Assembly: GCF_000010625.1 (NCBI RefSeq)
Contig: NC_010296.1
Coordinates: forward strand, 60,001 to 92,000
Direction: 5' to 3'
Length of the DNA stretch: 32,000 nucleotides
From: Microcystis aeruginosa NIES-843
Lineage (GTDB): Bacteria > Cyanobacteriota > Cyanobacteriia > Cyanobacteriales > Microcystaceae
The notes under the pieces: generated by a model
Databases searched by the model: none
What the model saw: the letters and a program-made list of their open reading frames with translations, nothing else
What the model was told of the DNA's origin: nothing
Part shown: one piece after another, positions 28,251-32,000 of the stretch
Numbering within the stretch: position 1 is the stretch's first letter
Layout: every line of letters starts with the position of its first letter
Translations under genes and position numbers: made by a program

Positions 28251-28382
28251 CTAAGTAGGTAGGCGTTAAAAATTATCAGACACCCCCGTTATCAAGGGTA
28301 GGGTTGATTCATGAATCAACCCTAGGGGCAGGGGGGATCGAACCTAAAATCCATTTTTAATTTAATTATAACCAGCTACTTA
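28251..28382 (-). mobile_element. MITE-like element, copy B (inverted relative to copy A)
   Basis: CTAAGTAGGTAGGCGTTAAAAATTATCAGACACCCCC...GGGGCAGGGGGGATCGAACCTAAAATCCATTTTTAATTTAATTATAACCAGCTACTTA. Both ends match copy A in reverse complement. The internal hairpin AGGGTTGATTCATGAATCAACCCT replaces the 46-bp array. Confidence 0.7.
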
Positions 28383-28403
28383 CGAAAAGAGGGGGATGCT
28401 TTC

Positions 28404-28436
28404 AGAAAACGGGTTTCTTAAAGAAACCCGTTTTCT
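28404..28436. terminator. Perfect palindromic hairpin AGAAAACGGGTTTCTTAAAGAAACCCGTTTTCT
   Basis: Read directly. It belongs to the same family as 22734-22764 and 24662-24693. Confidence 0.55.
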
Positions 28437-28569
28437 GTGGGGTTCAATCTTATCGAGTGCGATTGCCTTTCTTATCGTTGGTATTAACGCAGTGTAATGC
28501 AGCATTGCCTTATATCTCAGTCCAGATTCTTGAAAAATGGCTTAAATTCATCTTCCACAGCTTAGGGAA

Positions 28570-28597
28570 ACTGATTACTGGTCACTGATAACTGAAT
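28570..28597. repeat. Heptanucleotide array ACTGNNN x4
   Basis: Read directly: actgattactggtcactgataactgaat, upstream of hoxE. Confidence 0.85.
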
Positions 28598-28743
28598 ATC
28601 CCCCAATAACTAAAGGAAAGATAAAGTTATCGATCGCCCTCCGGAGCCAGTGTCAGAATAAAAGCAGGGAGATGACCAAGGAAAACCGACAACTCTCCAT
28701 CTTTTTCCCGTCATCGCCCCTAAAATTTATTTGGTTCAGATTT

Positions 28744-29253
28744 ATGCAAACTGCCAATCCTCGTCAAACGGAGAAAAAAGAGCATCCCAGTGGCGATAAA
28801 CGCTTCAAAGTCCTCGACATCACCATGAAGCGGGCAGGATATAATCAATCAGCCCTGATTGAAGTCCTGCACAAAGCTCAAGAAGCCTTTGGATTCCTAG
28901 AAGAAGATGTTCTCCTCTACGTTGCCCGGGCGCTAAAACTGCCCCTCAGTCGCGTCTATGGGGTAGCAACCTTCTACCATCTCTTTTCCCTGAAACCGGC
29001 GGGAAAACACACCTGTATCATCTGTATGGGGACTGCTTGTTATGTCAAAGGCAGCGGCAAAATCCTCGAAGACATCGAAAACGCCTTTGATGTCAAAGTG
29101 GGAGAAACCACCGCCGATGGAGAAATTTCCCTAGTGTCGGCCCGTTGTATCGGGGCCTGTGGGATTGCGCCGGCCGTGGTCTTCGATGGAGTCGTGGCCC
29201 CTAAACAAGATTCGGAAACTGTCTTAGCGAAACTACAGAGTTTCTCCCAGTAA
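28744..29253 (+). CDS. hoxE: Bidirectional [NiFe] hydrogenase diaphorase subunit HoxE (NuoE-like 2Fe-2S protein)
   Basis: [43 protein letters not shown]...[10 protein letters not shown]...[12 protein letters not shown]. The ATG at 28744 is preferred to the track start 28672, whose extra 24 aa look non-genic. Confidence 0.85.
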   Translation: MQTANPRQTEKKEHPSGDKRFKVLDITMKRAGYNQSALIEVLHKAQEAFGFLEEDVLLYVARALKLPLSRVYGVATFYHLFSLKPAGKHTCIICMGTACYVKGSGKILEDIENAFDVKVGETTADGEISLVSARCIGACGIAPAVVFDGVVAPKQDSETVLAKLQSFSQ

Positions 29254-29281
29254 TTTTTCACTCTAGTGGATTGAGAAGAAT

Positions 29282-30889
29282 ATGGACTTACAAGAATTAT
29301 TGGCAGTGGCCGAGAAAGAAAAAACTAGACAAAAAAGCATCCGGGTGCATTGTTGCACTTCCACCGGTTGCCAAGCTGCTAACTCCCTCCAAATCAAAAA
29401 AAACCTCGCCACTGCCGTCCAAGAGGCAGACCTAGAGGATACAGTCGAAGTGGTCGGGGTCGGTTGTATGGGTTTTTGTGGTCGCGGTCCGTTGGTGGAA
29501 GTGGATCCCCAGGATCTCTTATACGAAGAAGTCACCCCGGAAAGTGCGGCCAGCATTATTGCAGCCTTAAACGGCGGCAAAACCGAGGTGCAATTAGGGG
29601 ACTCAAAACATCCCTTTTTCTCCCATCAAGTCAAAATTGTCCGGGAAAATAGCGGTAAAATCGATCCCGATCGCATTGAGGAATATATCGCCGTCGGGGG
29701 TTATCAATCTCTCTACAAGGCCCTCTACGAGATGACTCCGGCCCAGGTGGTGGAGGAAATCACCCAAAGCGGTTTGCGCGGCCGGGGCGGTGCGGGTTAT
29801 CCCACCGGTTTAAAATGGGCGACGGTGGCTAAACAACCGGGTAAACAAAAATACGTTATCTGTAATGCCGATGAAGGGGATCCCGGGGCGTTTATGGACC
29901 GTAGTGTTTTGGAAAGTGACCCCCATTTAGTCCTGGAAGGAATGGCGATCGCTGCCTATGCTGTGGGGGCCGATCATGGTTATATCTATGTTAGAGCCGA
30001 ATATCCTCTGGCGATTGATCGTCTGCAAAAAGCGATTAATCAGGCCAAAAAATTCGGTTTAATGGGTTCCCAAGTATTCGAGTCCACTTTCGATTTTAAG
30101 GTGGATATCCGCATCGGGGCGGGAGCTTTTGTCTGTGGAGAGGAAACCGCTCTCATCCATTCCATCGAAGGCGGCCGCGGCACTCCCCGCACCCGTCCCC
30201 CCTATCCGGCCCAATCGGGCCTCGATGGTTGTCCCACCCTGATTAATAACGTCGAGTCCTACGCTAATATCGCCGCTATTATCCGCGAGGGAGCCGCTTG
30301 GTACGCCAATATCGGTACTGCCAGCAGTAAAGGCACAAAAATCTTCGCTTTAACGGGAAAAATCCGCAATAATGGGCTGATTGAAGTGCCGATGGGTATT
30401 ACTCTCCGGGAAATTGTCGAGGAGATGGGGGGTGGTGTTCCCGATGGTCAAGTAAAAGCGGTACAAACCGGCGGCCCCTCTGGGGGTTGTATTCCCGCTA
30501 ATTTACTCGATACTCCCGTGGATTACGAATCCTTAGCCAAACTCGGTTCGATGATGGGATCCGGGGGGATGGTGGTTATGGATGATACCACCAGCATGGT
30601 GGAAGTGGCGAAATTCTATATGGAATTCTGTCGCGAGGAGTCCTGTGGTAAATGTATCCCCTGTCGCACGGGAACAGTACAAATGTTTGAATTATTGGCC
30701 AAAATTATCGCTCGAAAGGCCGATATTCACGACCTCGAAAACCTAGAACATCTCTGTCAAATGGTCAAGGAAACCAGTCTTTGTGGTCTTGGTCAAAGCG
30801 CTCCCAATCCGATTTTAAGTACCCTAAAGTATTTTAAGGAGGAATATCTGGCTCTGTTACAGGAAATCAAGCACCCCGTCTCTGTTTGA
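29282..30889 (+). CDS. hoxF: Bidirectional [NiFe] hydrogenase diaphorase subunit HoxF (NuoF-like, FMN/NAD(P)H-binding, Fe-S)
   Basis: It has an N-terminal thioredoxin-like 2Fe-2S module (CCTSTGC...[10 protein letters not shown]), [27 protein letters not shown] and [10 protein letters not shown] motifs. Stop TGA at 30887-30889. Confidence 0.9.
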   Translation: MDLQELLAVAEKEKTRQKSIRVHCCTSTGCQAANSLQIKKNLATAVQEADLEDTVEVVGVGCMGFCGRGPLVEVDPQDLLYEEVTPESAASIIAALNGGKTEVQLGDSKHPFFSHQVKIVRENSGKIDPDRIEEYIAVGGYQSLYKALYEMTPAQVVEEITQSGLRGRGGAGYPTGLKWATVAKQPGKQKYVICNADEGDPGAFMDRSVLESDPHLVLEGMAIAAYAVGADHGYIYVRAEYPLAIDRLQKAINQAKKFGLMGSQVFESTFDFKVDIRIGAGAFVCGEETALIHSIEGGRGTPRTRPPYPAQSGLDGCPTLINNVESYANIAAIIREGAAWYANIGTASSKGTKIFALTGKIRNNGLIEVPMGITLREIVEEMGGGVPDGQVKAVQTGGPSGGCIPANLLDTPVDYESLAKLGSMMGSGGMVVMDDTTSMVEVAKFYMEFCREESCGKCIPCRTGTVQMFELLAKIIARKADIHDLENLEHLCQMVKETSLCGLGQSAPNPILSTLKYFKEEYLALLQEIKHPVSV

Positions 30890-30891
30890 GA

Positions 30892-31050
30892 TTGACATCC
30901 TCACCGCCGGGGCCGGACGGTGATGACCGGCAGATCAAACAAACTTAATTGAACGATCTTCGGTTGGGTTGACGCTTCACGGGATGCTGCTTCTTTAACA
31001 GAAGTCTTACACTTTCCTCTGCGTCCGTTTTTTGAGGTCTCCGATTGCCC
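30892..31050 (-). ncRNA. Predicted omega-RNA (reRNA) scaffold at the right end of the tnpB element
   Basis: The minus strand ends ...CACCGTCCGGCCCCGGCGGTGAGGATGTCAA (hairpin plus terminal motif). This position, overlapping the tnpB 3' end, is where IS200/IS605 TnpB guide RNAs are encoded. The 5' limit is approximate. Confidence 0.45.
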
Positions 31051-32000
31051 ACCGGCGACCTTGATATTAATTGCGGCGTTCACGTCTCGATCATGGAAAG
31101 TCCCACAGAAAAGACATTCCCACTCACGGATATTTAACGCTTTCTTCCCGCCGATATTCCCACAACAGGAACACCTCTGAGACGTTGGCTCCCATCGGGA
31201 AATTATCCGAAAATCACGCCCATATTTGTCAGATTTTGCCGATAGCATATCTCGAAAAGAACGCCATCCTAAATCTGATATAGCACGGGACAACTTGCGA
31301 TTTTTAACCATTCCCGATGTGTTTAAATCCTCTAAAATTATCGTTTGATTTTCACGAACAACTCTAGTGGATATTTTATGCAAGAAATCAGTGCGAGTGT
31401 CTTTAATCTTTGCGTGGATTCTAGCTACTCGTTTCCTAGCTTTTTCCCGTCGTTTACTTCCCTTCTGTTTTCTAGAAAGGTTTTTCCGATGCTCTTCTTA
31501 GTCGTTTTAATCGTTTCTTTAACGGTTTCGGTGCGTCTATCTTTTCTCCTGTTGAGAGGGTAGCAAAGGTAGCAATCCCTAGATCAATTCCCACTGACTC
31601 CCCATTATTGGGAAGTATTTCGGACTGAATCTCGACGACAAAACTAAGAAAGTATCGATCTGATGCGTCTTTGATCACGGTGACGCTAGAAGGTTTAGAA
31701 GGTAATGGGCGACTCCAAACTATTCTTAAATCACCGATTTTCGCTAAAGTAACGCAGTGTTGGTTAACGGTAAAACCATTATCGGTAAATCTTGCTAATT
31801 GTTTAGATTTACGCTTCTTAAATTTAGGAGGTTTGACTTTCTTTCCTTTTCTTTCTCCCTTGCAAGATGCAAAAAAGTTAGAATAGGCTGTCTCTAAGTC
31901 TCTCAAAGACTGCTGTAAAGGGATAGAAGAAACCTCGGTTAACCACTGTTTTTCTTCTGTTTTCTTGACTTGAGTTAGTCTTTTAGATAACTCAGTATAT
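30901..32000 (-). pseudogene. tnpB: IS200/IS605-family TnpB (OrfB, RuvC plus Zn-ribbon) RNA-guided nuclease gene, frameshifted; 5' end beyond the window
   Basis: The upstream frame reads ...QWLTEVSSIPLQQSLRDLETAYSNFF...VGIDLGIATFATLSTGEKI...RLRRASEKPF*. The downstream frame reads LSRKQKGSKRREKARKRVARIHAKIKDTRTDFLHKISTRVVRENQTIILEDLN...CSCCG...CLFCG..HDRDVNAAINI. Removing one A from the A5 run (T5 on the + strand, 31481-31485) restores a single ORF. Confidence 0.85.

Noticed and set aside
28672-28743. The N-terminal 24-aa extension of hoxE given by the ORF track ([24 protein letters not shown]).
   Set aside because: The extension is hydrophobic and atypical. Homology to HoxE/NuoE-type proteins begins after the internal ATG at 28744, so the shorter model is preferred.
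31071-31886. Plus-strand ORFs 31071-31283, 31345-31563 and 31671-31886.
   Set aside because: They are antisense to the tnpB coding sequence, whose RuvC and Zn-ribbon motifs clearly define the minus strand as coding.

Overview
This is a cyanobacterial chromosome segment. The evidence is several HIP1 palindromes (GCGATCGC, e.g. 1798-1805, 12801-12808, 13729-13736), hoxE-hoxF, PSRP-3/ycf65, an ATP synthase beta-epsilon pair and many heptanucleotide arrays. A Microcystis-like origin is my inference, not a verified hit. The core genes are der (5' partial), ecfT, a DUF3318-like gene, recQ, atpD-atpC, psrp3, a NUDIX/mutT-like gene, a DUF3134-like gene, mraY, a hesB/iscA-like gene and hoxE-hoxF. Three accessory regions interrupt this backbone. 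(1) Region ~1.9-7.5 kb holds a visibly GC-rich RTX/Ig-like repeat protein gene with near-identical 297-bp tandem repeats, a frameshifted IS110-family transposase, a tnpB-less miniature element and a 5' stub of another tnpB. (2) Region ~16.4-28.4 kb is bracketed by inverted copies of one MITE. It holds a 1763-aa multidomain RTX-type exoprotein gene whose 5' leader module is triplicated and whose 3' end is duplicated. It also holds two tandem 1499-bp units of [leader + DUF4347 stub + Rpn-family PD-(D/E)XK nuclease], a further Rpn fragment, a divergent Rpn paralog and two type II toxin-antitoxin loci. (3) At 30.9-32.0 kb a frameshifted tnpB sits 2-3 nt after the hoxF stop codon. The two observations I rate highest are the recombination-scarred leader/Rpn array around the giant exoprotein gene, and two ~360-bp tnpB-less elements (6682-7036, 14289-14650) whose 3' halves are homologous to the 3' (omega-RNA) region of the resident tnpB. 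All homology calls come from reading the translations and aligning by eye. No database search was run.
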